Source: Chloroflexota bacterium (GTDB lineage Bacteria > Chloroflexota > UBA11872 > VXOZ01). Taken from it: DNA of 64,000 nt. Made by a program: the position numbers and the translations under genes. Positions 9,309 through 19,295 of the stretch are shown here, one piece after another. A model generated the notes under the pieces. It ran no database searches and was not told where the DNA came from. It saw only the letters and a program-made list of their open reading frames with translations. The number at the start of each line of letters is the position of its first letter. The first letter of the stretch is position 1. The DNA is taken from NCBI GenBank assembly GCA_965221905.1, contig OZ244922.1, positions 768,001-832,000 on the forward strand. The letters run 5' to 3'.

Positions 9309-10523
9309 ATGAGCACAACTGTCATTCCCGGCTACGATTACTTTGGCGGCATTCACCCGGAAACCGCTACCGTCGCCAACTATCTGCGTTTTCTCGGGGT
9401 AACCGATCCGGCAACCGGCAAGCCGTTCAGCGAGGCCATGCTCTTCGGCATTGCAGGGGGCTTGGGAGCGTGCTATATCCTGTGGGAGTTCAAGGAATAC
9501 AACCGTCCGGCCATAGTGATTGGCTTCCAGCACCAGTTCAATTATCCGGTGCGCTATGTCGCGCAGCTCTGTGAACGGATTGGCATCTCGCCGGAGTTTC
9601 ATGAGACTGGTGGTGTGAAGAAGGCGGGTAAAACGCTCACTGATGCACTGGCGGCGGGCATGCCCGCAATTCTCTGGCTCGAGCGGGAGCTGCTCGACTA
9701 TTACAATCGCGATCCGGATGACACGGGCGGGTTTAGTTGGGTTGTGACCGCCTGCGGTTACGATCCTGCTGCAGACACATTTACGATTGACGATACGGGA
9801 GTGCGGCCGTTTACGGTGCCGAGCGGGTCGCTTGTCACCGCCCGCCAGCGTATTCCTTCTTTCAAGAATCGCCTGCTGCTGCTCTCGCCGCCGGGGTCCA
9901 TTGACCTGCCGGCTGCCATCACCACCGGTATTCAAGGCAACATCGATTACCTGGGGTCCAAGTCGACCTCGTTCGCTCTGCCCACGCTGCGCAAGTGGGC
10001 GCGGCTACTGACGGATACGAAGAACGCCAAGGGCTGGCCCACGGTGTTTGCCGGCGGCAAATGCCTGTTCTCAGGCTTGGTTTCGATCTACGAGGGCATC
10101 ATGCATGAAGGCAACGACGGCACGGCTCTGCGGGGCATGTACGCTGACTTTCTGACGGAAGCCGCCTTGATTCTAAATTCTCCGGCGCTCAACGACGCCG
10201 CAGCAGAATACCGTGCGCTGGGCGCAAAGTGGCGGGCGCTCGCGGATACGGCGCTCGACCCGTCGGTCGCGCCCCTCGCCTCCGCCCGCGCGGTGCTCGA
10301 CCAGCGGGAGGCAGCAATCAAGACAGGCGGGGACGATCAAGCGGACACGATCGTGGCTCTCGGCAAGGAACTCGAAGCCATGCGCCCAAGCGCGGACGCC
10401 GACTTTCCGCGTGACGAGGCGTGGATCAGCGATCTCTTTGCACGAATGCAAGCGCAGCTCAACGACATCTATGCGCATGAAACGGCGGCGCTAGATATGC
10501 TCCGAACCGCTTTGAACGAGTGA
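9309..10523 (+). CDS. BtrH_N / DUF4872-type papain-like-fold protein, apparently lacking catalytic Cys/His
   Basis: SEAMLFGIAGGLG, GYD, RGMYADFLTEAA; H-P-E-T where the family usually has H-C-E. Confidence 0.7.
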   Translation: MSTTVIPGYDYFGGIHPETATVANYLRFLGVTDPATGKPFSEAMLFGIAGGLGACYILWEFKEYNRPAIVIGFQHQFNYPVRYVAQLCERIGISPEFHETGGVKKAGKTLTDALAAGMPAILWLERELLDYYNRDPDDTGGFSWVVTACGYDPAADTFTIDDTGVRPFTVPSGSLVTARQRIPSFKNRLLLLSPPGSIDLPAAITTGIQGNIDYLGSKSTSFALPTLRKWARLLTDTKNAKGWPTVFAGGKCLFSGLVSIYEGIMHEGNDGTALRGMYADFLTEAALILNSPALNDAAAEYRALGAKWRALADTALDPSVAPLASARAVLDQREAAIKTGGDDQADTIVALGKELEAMRPSADADFPRDEAWISDLFARMQAQLNDIYAHETAALDMLRTALNE

Positions 10524-10535
10524 TGGCGAACTAAG

Positions 10536-10763
10536 CCCCCTCTCCATCGAGGGAGAGGGCCGGGGTGAGGGTGGGTTTCAACGATACCGCACAAGTAAGT
10601 GAAATTCGATTACAGCGATGGTCTCCCAGCAGGCGGCCGCAGGTTACAAACCTGCGCTACCGGAATTAGTGCAGCCTAGTGGAAGTCGCGTTTCTGGCGC
10701 CGCCAGTCAGAGCGGGAGCAACATCGCCACTGGCACACGTCATTCCCGTTTGCGCGGGAATCT
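10536..10763. repeat. Cluster of three different intergenic palindromic repeats
   Basis: CCCTCTCC..GGAGAGGG..GGGGTGAGGG (related to reversed copy near 34190-34230), GCAGGTTACAAACCTGCGCTAC, GTCATTCCCG..CGGGAATC. Confidence 0.65.
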
Positions 10764-10861
10764 CTCGTCTCCGACTCGGGCGCGAGAGTGAACCCCGCAC
10801 TACCGTTCGTCTGCGCCCCACGCGCCTGCCGCGGCTTCATATGTGCGAAGTGCAGCGTATC

Positions 10862-11521
10862 CTAGCCACGCTTGACGCCAATTGCGATCTTGGCCGGTAG
10901 GCCCCAGAGCTTCTCATTCTCACTGTGCACTACTTGAAAACCGGCTTTCTTGAGTGCTTGTTCCACGTAGATAGGCCGGCAGTCGATGTATTGGGGCATG
11001 CGTTGGTGCATCCACTCATAGAGCCGCACCATCAATGAGGTCCCGTCTTCCCGCGATAGGCTCACCACGCCCAGCCTGCCGTTGGGCTTCAAGACCCGCT
11101 TGATTTCGCTGAGAACTATTGGGATTTCAGGCGTATCGAACAGTTCGAGGGTAAAGCTCATGAAGGCAGCGTCGAAGTCTTCACCCGCGTTGGGCAGGTC
11201 TGTCGCATCTCCGCAACTGAGCGAAACCCTCTCCAGCAACCCCGCTCGGGCAAGCCGCCGTTGGCTCACCTCCAGCATGCCGGGTGAGAGGTCCACGCCG
11301 CACACGCGGCCTTCCTTACTCACAGCCCCGGCGATTTGCATCAGACTGTGTCCCGTGCCGAAGCCGATTTCCAAGACGGCTTCACCCTCTGCGATGCCTA
11401 ACCGCGCCAATGCCTTGTTGCGCAGTCGTTTCTCGAAAGCTCCGGCAAAGAGGTCGTACGAGCGGCTCATCCTGTCGTAGCTCGCTCGCGCCTGTGCCTT
11501 GGTTCGGGATGCGCGTAACAC
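10862..11521 (-). CDS. Class I SAM-dependent methyltransferase (UbiE/MenG-like)
   Basis: VLEIGFGTG, GVDLSPGML, GDA..LP, RVLKPNG. Confidence 0.85.
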   Translation of the reverse strand: MLRASRTKAQARASYDRMSRSYDLFAGAFEKRLRNKALARLGIAEGEAVLEIGFGTGHSLMQIAGAVSKEGRVCGVDLSPGMLEVSQRRLARAGLLERVSLSCGDATDLPNAGEDFDAAFMSFTLELFDTPEIPIVLSEIKRVLKPNGRLGVVSLSREDGTSLMVRLYEWMHQRMPQYIDCRPIYVEQALKKAGFQVVHSENEKLWGLPAKIAIGVKRG

Positions 11522-11761
11522 AACACCGCTTTCTGGAAGAGTTCCCGCTCAACCTACCGCATGGACGCACTCGTGAGTTCAGTATGCCATGCACACACAT
11601 TGCGAGGGCTCTTTCGCCGCGATACGATGTGGCGGGCAGTTAGCTAGAGGTCACTTTCCGTCGGACAGTGGCATGGCTAGGGGTAGCAGTTCTGCGTGAT
11701 CACGCCTATCAGGCCTCATCCGAGAGAGCGGAGTCCTCCGCTCGTGTCTGGCGTGGTCAAT

Positions 11762-12817
11762 CTATGTTTCGCCCCTCACCGTCGCGCTCTCAGACTCGAC
11801 GCCTGAAGCCATGAGCTGCTCCTGCTCGATCATGATCTTGAGCGCGGTGTAGACCAGAATGTCGAGCGACAAGCCCCAAAGTGCCGAGAGCTCAGATTCC
11901 AGGAACGTGAATACCTGTATCACAAAGATGCTTACCAGTATGCTGTGCACAAACCAGCGGTAGGCGGCAAGACGGGAACGCTTGAGTTGGAAGATGCCAA
12001 ATAGCGTGAGTATGCCGGAAACCGCCACTGAACCGAGCGTGGCAATGCCCGTGAAGCTTAGCTGAAATGTCTCGACGTCGCTGGCAAGAATTCCGACCAG
12101 TGCAACGAGCAACACTATTGCTATCTGGACAAAGGCGCGCACCAGGAAGAATCCAACAAGAATCGGCCTGAACCAACGCGAGAGCACTACACGGCTATAG
12201 AGGCTTACGGCAAAGTCCCGCGCCCGAAAATAGAAGCTCATGTCCGGTACCGGCTGCGGTTCGATGGACTGCACAAACGCGCTTAGGCCTTGGACGATTG
12301 GGTCCGACTTGTCGGACTTTGCAAGCAGATCGAGCGTAGTGCGTTTGGTCTCGGCGTCGAGCGGTCTGCCGGCGGCCAGTTCCAATTGGTTGAACGCGTT
12401 TGCCAGCGCCTCTGTTGGCCCCGGCGCCTGCCGTCGAAAGGCTTCGAGCACCAGAAAGATCGCGATGAAGATAATGTAGATTAGGCCGATGGTGGGCTCG
12501 TAGAAATAGTTGTTGTCGCTGGTGATGAACTTGCCCAACTCGTCGATGAAGGCGCCGAACCCAATACCTCCCAGAATGGCGGCGAGCCGCTGGGCCACTC
12601 GACCCAACGCGGCAAACAACAGGAGCAAGGCCACAGTCATGAAGAGGCCGCCCCAGAGCATGTGGGCTATGTGCAGTCCATCGCCGCCCAACTGAGGGTA
12701 ACCTGTAGCCGCCAGAAACCCGCGAATCGCCAATACCGACGCTATACCAGCGACGAGGAAAAGCTCGATGAGTTCCGGGGCGTCGCTATTGCGAACGAAG
12801 AAATGTCTTAGTTGCAC
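11762..12817 (-). CDS. Conserved polytopic membrane protein of unknown function
   Basis: Multiple TM helices, HIAHMLWGG and IDELGKFITSDNNYF motifs; GTG start after GGGAGG SD (ORF can extend to 12889). Confidence 0.75.
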   Translation of the reverse strand: MQLRHFFVRNSDAPELIELFLVAGIASVLAIRGFLAATGYPQLGGDGLHIAHMLWGGLFMTVALLLLFAALGRVAQRLAAILGGIGFGAFIDELGKFITSDNNYFYEPTIGLIYIIFIAIFLVLEAFRRQAPGPTEALANAFNQLELAAGRPLDAETKRTTLDLLAKSDKSDPIVQGLSAFVQSIEPQPVPDMSFYFRARDFAVSLYSRVVLSRWFRPILVGFFLVRAFVQIAIVLLVALVGILASDVETFQLSFTGIATLGSVAVSGILTLFGIFQLKRSRLAAYRWFVHSILVSIFVIQVFTFLESELSALWGLSLDILVYTALKIMIEQEQLMASGVESESATVRGET

Positions 12818-13110
12818 GAAGCCTCCCAGTGTGTGCGCCACTCCAGACACTCGGTACAGGAACAGAGCCAGGCATTGGCCTGCTACCATGGCGAGAAACC
12901 GATGCCCTGCATATGCGCATGGTGTTTCTCACCCCTTACTGAATGTATACACCTGAAACCTTACCAGAATTCCTTGCCCACTTTCTCTTCTCGCTCTGTC
13001 GCCGAGGCATTCCAGAAAATCTATCTTGCCCAGGGCATCGTGGCAGCGTATGCTAGAAAATGCGAAATAGGCACGCCGGTCAGCGAAACGAGCGATAGGA
13101 AATCTCCCAA

Positions 13111-15825
13111 ATGAGTCCCACCAACTCCAAGACCCCCGCCGATTCGCTTGTTCTCATTGACGGACACTCTATCGTCCATCGGGCGTTTTTCGCGGTGCCG
13201 AAAGATTTTACGAGCGCATCCGGCGAACTGACCAACGCGGTCTTTGGCTTCACGAACACGCTGCTCCATGTAATCAACATGATCAAGCCCAAATATGTCG
13301 TGGTAGCCTTCGATCTCCCCGGCCCCACTTTCCGACATGAGCAGTACGCCGAGTACAAAGCGACGCGTCCGGAAGGCGATCCGCTGCTCTATCAGCAGAT
13401 GGACCGGGTGCGGCAGGTGGTGGAGACCTTCAGCATCCCGATCTTTGCGGTTCCGGGTTACGAGGCCGACGACGTGCTTGGCACCCTATCGCGCCAGGCA
13501 GCGGAACAGCAGATCCCTACCTTTATCGTGACCGGCGACACCGATGCCTACCAACTCGTCGACGACGTGGTACACCTGCTCGTGCCCCGGCCGCGCTCAG
13601 GCGAACTGGCTGAGGTTGGCCCCAAGGAAGTTGCGGCGCGCTTTCAGGGACTCTCCCCCGCGCAGGTGATCGACTATAAGGCTCTTGTGGGTGACACCTC
13701 CGATAACGTGCCCGGCGTGCGCAGCATTGGCGCCAAAACCGCCGGCACGCTTTTGCAGAAATACGGCGACATCGATGGCATTCTTGAGCATGCATTTGAA
13801 CTGCCCGCGCGTCAACAGAAGGCGCTCGCGGAGGATGGGGAGCAGCTTGCGCAGAGCCGCGAACTCGTGACGATTGTGCGGGACATGGAGATTACGCTCG
13901 ATCCGGCAGAGAGCGAACTGGACAACTACGACCAGGATCAGGTGCTTGCCTTATTCCAAGAATTGAGTTTTCGTTCGCTGCTCGATCGCCTGCCAAAACC
14001 AGCCGCCGTATCCACTGGGCAGGCCATGCTCTTTGGCGAGACTGCAACTGAGGCTCAGGCCCAGGTTCTTACCGAAGCCGGCGCGATCGAGAAACTATGC
14101 GCTACCCTGCGTGACGTCGGCGAGGTGGCCGTCATGCCTGTGCTCGAGCCCGATCCGCCTTCCTGGCCTCTTTTGCGGGGATTAGCGATTGCCTGGGGCG
14201 GCAATGAGGCTGCCTATGTAGACGTTACGGAGGCGGCAGCACTCCAGGCCATTGCGCCGGTGCTGGCCGATGCGCACATCCCCAAGATCGTATTCGACGC
14301 CAAGACGCTGAGCTTAGCGCTTCTCGCCCATGGCGTCGGCGTGGCCGGTGTGGTGTTCGATTGCCACCTGGCCGCCTATTTGGCCAACGTGACCGGCACT
14401 CGCTCCGCCACGCTGAAAGATATCGTCTTCGACGTTCTCGGCGCGACCATGGAGGCCGTGGACGATCTCCGCGACCGTAAGAAGTCCCTGGCTGCTGCCG
14501 ACAGCGAAACTCTAGCGCAAGCGGCCGCCCACGAGGCGGAGATACTGCTGTCGCTCCACGCAACACTCAGCAAAGACCTCGACGAGCGAGACGTGCGAAA
14601 GCTCCACGACGACCTCGAACTGCCGCTGGCGACGGTGATCGCGCAAATGGAATTCGCGGGCATCGCCGTGGACGTGGACATACTGCAAAGCCTCACTGCA
14701 GAGATGGCTGAGCGCATTGGAAAGATCGAAATCGAGATTTACAAAGATGTGGGGCATGAATTCAAAATCAATTCGCCAAAGCAACTCGGCGATATTCTCG
14801 TCAACGAGCTTGGCATCCCGCTCACCAAGAAAACGAAGACCGGTTACTCAACCGATTCCTCGATCCTGGAACCGCTGCGGAGCGCGCATCCTGTTGTCGA
14901 TCACGTATTGGAGTACCGCCAGCTTACCAAGCTGAAGTCCACGTATCTCGACGCCCTGCCAACGAAGGTGAACCCGCAAACCCGGCGCATCCACACCTCA
15001 TTTGAGCAGACCGGCGCCGCCACGGGACGGCTCTCATCAAACGATCCCAACCTGCAAAACATTCCCATCCGCACCGACGAAGGACGGAAGATACGCAAGG
15101 CGTTCGTGGCGGGTGCTCCCGACCAAGTCTTGCTTGCCGCCGACTACTCACAGATCGACCTGCGCGTGCTGGCGCACTTGAGCCAAGACGAAGAACTTTG
15201 CAGAGCGTTCCGCAACGAAGAGGATATCCACACCTTTACCGCCAGCCAGCTCTTCGACATTGCGATGGACGGGGTAACGGCTGCCATGCGGCGCACGGCG
15301 AAGACGGTGAATTTTGGCATCATCTACGGCGTGACGGCCCACGGTCTGGAGCAGCGCACCGACCTTGACTTCAAGGAAGCAGCGGAATTCATCGAGAATT
15401 ACCTGAATACGTATGCGGGCGTGCGTGAGTATACGGATAAGACGAAGCAGTTTGCCTACGAGCACGGCTACGTGGAGACGCTGCTGGGACGCCGACGCTA
15501 CTTGCCGGAGCTCCAGGCCTCCAACTACAACGTGCGCCAGGCCGCCGAGCGCATGGCGATCAACATGCCGGTGCAGGGCACGTCTGCCGACATTATCAAA
15601 GTGGCCATGCTGCACGTGGCCGACCAACTAGCGGCAACCGGGCTCCCGGTACGCATGCTGCTGCAGGTGCATGATGAACTCGTTTTCGAATGCGATGCGG
15701 CGGTAGTGGATGCGTGCGCCGATTTGGTGGTGCCGCTCATGGAAAACGCCGTCACGCTCCACGTGCCGGTGAAGGTGGATGCCAAAGTGGGCGCAAGCTG
15801 GGACGATATGGAGCCGCTGACGTGA
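13111..15825 (+). CDS. polA: DNA polymerase I
   Basis: 5-3 exonuclease (LIDG, YEADD, GDTSDNVPG), TGRLSS.DPNLQNIP, motif A DYSQI, motif B RRTAKTVNFGIIYG, motif C QVHDEL. Confidence 0.98.
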   Translation: MSPTNSKTPADSLVLIDGHSIVHRAFFAVPKDFTSASGELTNAVFGFTNTLLHVINMIKPKYVVVAFDLPGPTFRHEQYAEYKATRPEGDPLLYQQMDRVRQVVETFSIPIFAVPGYEADDVLGTLSRQAAEQQIPTFIVTGDTDAYQLVDDVVHLLVPRPRSGELAEVGPKEVAARFQGLSPAQVIDYKALVGDTSDNVPGVRSIGAKTAGTLLQKYGDIDGILEHAFELPARQQKALAEDGEQLAQSRELVTIVRDMEITLDPAESELDNYDQDQVLALFQELSFRSLLDRLPKPAAVSTGQAMLFGETATEAQAQVLTEAGAIEKLCATLRDVGEVAVMPVLEPDPPSWPLLRGLAIAWGGNEAAYVDVTEAAALQAIAPVLADAHIPKIVFDAKTLSLALLAHGVGVAGVVFDCHLAAYLANVTGTRSATLKDIVFDVLGATMEAVDDLRDRKKSLAAADSETLAQAAAHEAEILLSLHATLSKDLDERDVRKLHDDLELPLATVIAQMEFAGIAVDVDILQSLTAEMAERIGKIEIEIYKDVGHEFKINSPKQLGDILVNELGIPLTKKTKTGYSTDSSILEPLRSAHPVVDHVLEYRQLTKLKSTYLDALPTKVNPQTRRIHTSFEQTGAATGRLSSNDPNLQNIPIRTDEGRKIRKAFVAGAPDQVLLAADYSQIDLRVLAHLSQDEELCRAFRNEEDIHTFTASQLFDIAMDGVTAAMRRTAKTVNFGIIYGVTAHGLEQRTDLDFKEAAEFIENYLNTYAGVREYTDKTKQFAYEHGYVETLLGRRRYLPELQASNYNVRQAAERMAINMPVQGTSADIIKVAMLHVADQLAATGLPVRMLLQVHDELVFECDAAVVDACADLVVPLMENAVTLHVPVKVDAKVGASWDDMEPLT

Positions 15826-16549
15826 AAATCCTGATTACGGCCGGCGCATCCGCGCTGGCGCAAGACCTGGCGGAGTCGCTATCCAAAGAACACAGCGTAC
15901 GCCTTACTGACGTGGTGGATGCAAGCAGGCATTGGCCGTTTGTGCGCTGCGTCTCGGCCACGACGAAGAGACCGACCGGCTGGTGGCAGGGGTGGACGTG
16001 CTCATTCACCTTGCGGCTTCCTATTCTGAGTACGCTGAAAGTACAACCGACAATTCGGAAGTCTCCGCGAACCGGCTGATCGACTACCAGACTCGCTGCA
16101 CCTACAACCTCTTGCATGCCGCCAGCGAGTCCGGTGTGTCGCGCTGCATCTACGCCAGCAGCTTGCCTTAGTTTGCACGCTGCGATGACGATTGGGCCGT
16201 CAACGAGCAGTGGCGGCCCCGTCCTTCCACCGAGCCGCCGGTTCTGGCGCAGCACTTGGGAGAGTTCGTGTGCCGGGAGTTCGCGCGGGAAAGGCGCATC
16301 GCCATCACCTGCCTGCGCTTGGGGAATCTCGGCCGGCCAAATGACAAAGCGGAGCAGCCATCAGGCCCGATGTGGCTCTCGCATGATGATGCCGTGCACG
16401 CTTTTGAGTGCGCATTGGCAGCCCCGGCGGAGCCGTGGGCAATTTATCATATCCGGTCGGCGATTTCAGGTGCGCAATTCAGCATTGGCAAAGCGCGGGA
16501 TGGGCTGAAGTATGCTCCAGAAAATGAGAATAGCGGGAGCAAAACATGA
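15822..16549 (+). pseudogene. NAD-dependent epimerase/dehydratase family gene with a frameshift and an in-frame stop
   Basis: GTG overlaps polA stop, VKILITAG...VRLTD; 1-nt deletion near 15951; in-frame TAG 16169-16171; frame continues to 16549; resembles the downstream gene. Confidence 0.75.
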
Positions 16550-17265
16550 AGGTGCTGATTCTCGGCGGCGCGGCGCGTCTGGGGCCCTACGTGGTCCGCG
16601 CTCTCGAAAACGAGCATTCGCTGCGCGTCACCGACATCCTGCCTATCGAGACGCCGCATGAGTTTCAGCGCGTGGACATCGCATCTCCCGATGACGTGCT
16701 CCGCGCGGCGGAAGGCATGGACGCTATTGTCAACTGCTCCGTGGTCCGTCCTGACCGCCAGGTTGCGTTCGACGTGAATACGCGCGGGTGCTACAACATG
16801 ATGCAGGCAGCCGTTGCGCATGGTATTCCGCGGGTGATCAACACCGGCCCGCACTTCACCATCGAGGGAGACACGTACACCACATTCGACTACGAGATCA
16901 GTCCCGACGTGCCGCCGCACCCCAGCACGAATCTCTACGCGCTCAGCAAAGGGCTGGGGCAGGAGATCTGCAAGGTCTTTACAGAGAACTACGCCGTTTA
17001 CGTGCTCTGCTCCCTCTTCTTCAGCTTTCGCGACCACGACGCGCCGGAGCCGGGCAGCGACCATCTGTTCGCTATCACGTGGCGTGATGCCGCCCAGGCT
17101 ATTCGCCTGGGACTTACCGTAGACCTGGCGACGCTCCCCTCCCGCTGCGAGGTCTTCAACATCCTCGCGGACCTGCCGCACCAGCGGTTTTCAAGTGAGA
17201 AGAACAAGCGCCTGCTTGGCTTCACCCCGCAGGACCGACTCGAAGCCATGTGGCGTCGCCGCTAA
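16546..17265 (+). CDS. NAD(P)-dependent epimerase/dehydratase (uronate-dehydrogenase-like extended SDR)
   Basis: KVLILGG, DVN..G.YN, catalytic YALSK. Confidence 0.85.
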   Translation: MKVLILGGAARLGPYVVRALENEHSLRVTDILPIETPHEFQRVDIASPDDVLRAAEGMDAIVNCSVVRPDRQVAFDVNTRGCYNMMQAAVAHGIPRVINTGPHFTIEGDTYTTFDYEISPDVPPHPSTNLYALSKGLGQEICKVFTENYAVYVLCSLFFSFRDHDAPEPGSDHLFAITWRDAAQAIRLGLTVDLATLPSRCEVFNILADLPHQRFSSEKNKRLLGFTPQDRLEAMWRRR

Positions 17266-17355
17266 GGCGAGCGGCGCAGGCGCACCGCGATTCGACTATT
17301 GCGCATTCAGCACCAAGCCGAATTGGTTAGTTTTGGAAGAGGCGCAACAAACGGA

Positions 17356-17397
17356 TAATCATGTAGGGGCACGACATGTCGTGCCCCTACATGATTA
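17356..17397. repeat. REP family A copy inside a perfect 42-bp palindrome
   Basis: TAATCAT-GTAGGGGCACGACATGTCGTGCCCCTAC-ATGATTA between convergent genes. Confidence 0.9.
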
Positions 17398-17471
17398 GCG
17401 CGCGCCGCAGAACGGGCGCGGCACAATTCTTCGTCCAATAAACCTTCGATATTCTTCGGCCAGAGTTCGCC

Positions 17472-18440
17472 CTACGCCCAGTAAGCGGTGCCGGGTTGCT
17501 CGAAGATGAGGATATCCTTGAGGAACTTGACCCCCTTCTCCAGGCCCTCGTTGGATGACATCAGGCTGTCCTCGTGCTCGATAGAGAGCACGCCGTCGTA
17601 GCCGACGAGCCGCAACTCGCTCACGATGTCTTTCCAGTAGCCGTAGTCGTGGCCGTAGCCGACGCTGCGGAAGAGCCAGGAGCGGTTCTTCTCGTCGGTG
17701 TAGGGCTTCGTGTCCAGCACGCCGTGCTTGGCAGCGTTTAAGGAATGCACCTTGGTGTCCTTGGCGTGGAAGTGATAGAGCGCGCCGGCCTCGCCAAGCT
17801 CGCGGATCACGGCCACTATGTCGCAGCCCTGCCAGAAGAGGTGGCTGGGGTCCAGATTCGCGCCGATCTCCGGCCCGCAGGCATCCCGCAACTGCAGGCA
17901 GGTCTCCGAATTGTAGACCACGAAGCCGGGGTGCATCTCCAACGCAATGCGTGCGTCATGCTCACGCAAGAAGTCTGCCTCTGCCTTCCAGTAGGGAATG
18001 ACCTTCTTTTCCCACTGCCACTCCAAAATCTCCAGATAGTCCGTCGGCCATGGGCAGGTAACCCAGTTTGGATACTTCGAACCGTCCGAATCGCCGGGGC
18101 AGCCGGAGAATCCCACCACCGTCTGCACGCCCAGCTTATGGGCGAGTTGAATGGTCTTGCGCTGGGTCTCGGCGTGGGCGCGCGCAATCTTGGGGTTGGG
18201 GTGCAATGGATTGCCGTGTGCGGAAAGAGCGCAGATGTCCATGTCACGGCTATGCACGGCCTTGAGAAATGCGTCGCACGCCTTATCGTCCTTGAGCAGC
18301 GCGTCCGGATCGCAGTGAGCATTGCCGGGATAGTTGCCGCAGCCGATCTCTACTGACTGCACGCCCAAATCGCGCAGGTAGTCCAGCGCCTTTTCAAAGG
18401 GCAAATCGCCTAACAACACCGTCAATACGCCGAGTTTCAT
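17472..18440 (-). CDS. Sugar phosphate isomerase/epimerase (xylose-isomerase-like TIM barrel), possible 3-ketosugar lyase/hydratase
   Basis: Metal motifs LEMHP, NLDPSH, HAKD, SIEHED; AGGAGG SD before ATG 18440. Confidence 0.85.
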   Translation of the reverse strand: MKLGVLTVLLGDLPFEKALDYLRDLGVQSVEIGCGNYPGNAHCDPDALLKDDKACDAFLKAVHSRDMDICALSAHGNPLHPNPKIARAHAETQRKTIQLAHKLGVQTVVGFSGCPGDSDGSKYPNWVTCPWPTDYLEILEWQWEKKVIPYWKAEADFLREHDARIALEMHPGFVVYNSETCLQLRDACGPEIGANLDPSHLFWQGCDIVAVIRELGEAGALYHFHAKDTKVHSLNAAKHGVLDTKPYTDEKNRSWLFRSVGYGHDYGYWKDIVSELRLVGYDGVLSIEHEDSLMSSNEGLEKGVKFLKDILIFEQPGTAYWA

Positions 18441-18539
18441 TAGTCGTGCCTCCTGCTCTCGCAATTGTTCAAAACGGTACCTGAATCCTGCGACAACCTA
18501 TCGTCTTCGTTCGGTTCCAGCATTCAATGCTGTGTTTGA

Positions 18540-18902
18540 TCATGATGCCAAAGGAACTACCTTTGATCTGCGAATAGTAGTGTCACGCGTAAGTAAAGGA
18601 ATACTGTGCACTACGCTGGTTGCAGCGATGATCTCGTCCGCAGGATCGCTTCTAAAGTCGAGACGGGTTGAAGCACGCGCAACATCGAGGTCAATCGGCC
18701 ACACATGCAGGCGGTTAAGAAGGCGTGCCACTCGTCGGTCTTCAAAATCCAACTGAATTCGGCCGAGCTGAACGAGCTTGGCCAGTTCCCACAAGACGAT
18801 AGACGAGATTGACCAACGGCTGCGCGCCAACAGGCTTTGCTCACTCGCGTGTAGCTCGCCGTCAAGTGCACATAATAAGATGTGCGTATCAAGATTGATC
18901 AT
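18540..18902 (-). CDS. vapC: VapC-type PIN-domain toxin
   Basis: LDTH, SSIVLWE, DPAD.IIAAT, LLTRD. Confidence 0.9.
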   Translation of the reverse strand: MINLDTHILLCALDGELHASEQSLLARSRWSISSIVLWELAKLVQLGRIQLDFEDRRVARLLNRLHVWPIDLDVARASTRLDFRSDPADEIIAATSVVHSIPLLTRDTTIRRSKVVPLAS

Positions 18903-19113
18903 CTGCGTCCCAGCGGAGACCGGTGGTGAATATGTCTCCCTTGATCTTTAGCTTACCCCGCAGGCTGCCAATAAGGTCGCCATCATTAGTTTCGTAAGGT
19001 ATTACGCGTGCTACCGGCTTGCCTCGCTTGGTGACGATTAGGCCATCGGCGTCTAGATTGTCCAGCAATGCCAAACACTGTTCCTTGAACTTTGCGGCTC
19101 CAATCTCTTTCAT
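18889..19113 (-). CDS. Phd/YefM-family antitoxin
   Basis: AAKFK..CL.LLD, IVTKRGKPVARV; overlaps toxin start; AGGAGG SD. Confidence 0.9.
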   Translation of the reverse strand: MKEIGAAKFKEQCLALLDNLDADGLIVTKRGKPVARVIPYETNDGDLIGSLRGKLKIKGDIFTTGLRWDADDQS

Positions 19114-19137
19114 GGTTTCCTCCTTCCATATAGACAC

Positions 19138-19170
19138 ATTATATGACTAGATGCAAAATATGTCCATATT
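19138..19170 (-). promoter_or_regulatory. Sigma70-type promoter of the TA operon with an overlapping operator palindrome
   Basis: Minus strand TGGACA-17 nt-TATAAT; AATATG-TC-CATATT (19157-19170) covers the -35. Confidence 0.75.
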
Positions 19171-19295
19171 AACGCAAGTAAAACTTTCCCATTCGATGGT
19201 CACATGTTGCATGCCAGAGCGGGGCACGAGGCCCCGCGCTACAAAGATGAGGTCGCCGTATAGGCGAACAGTGCAAATGCTGAGTTACGCTGCTC

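Noticed and set aside
11715-11745. SAM-I-like start CTCATCCGAGAG
   Set aside because: No downstream aptamer elements, wrong strand for the adjacent gene, and it reads as a simple hairpin
16169-16171. Pyrrolysine or amber recoding
   Set aside because: The same gene also has a frameshift, TAG ends many genes here and no pyl genes are seen
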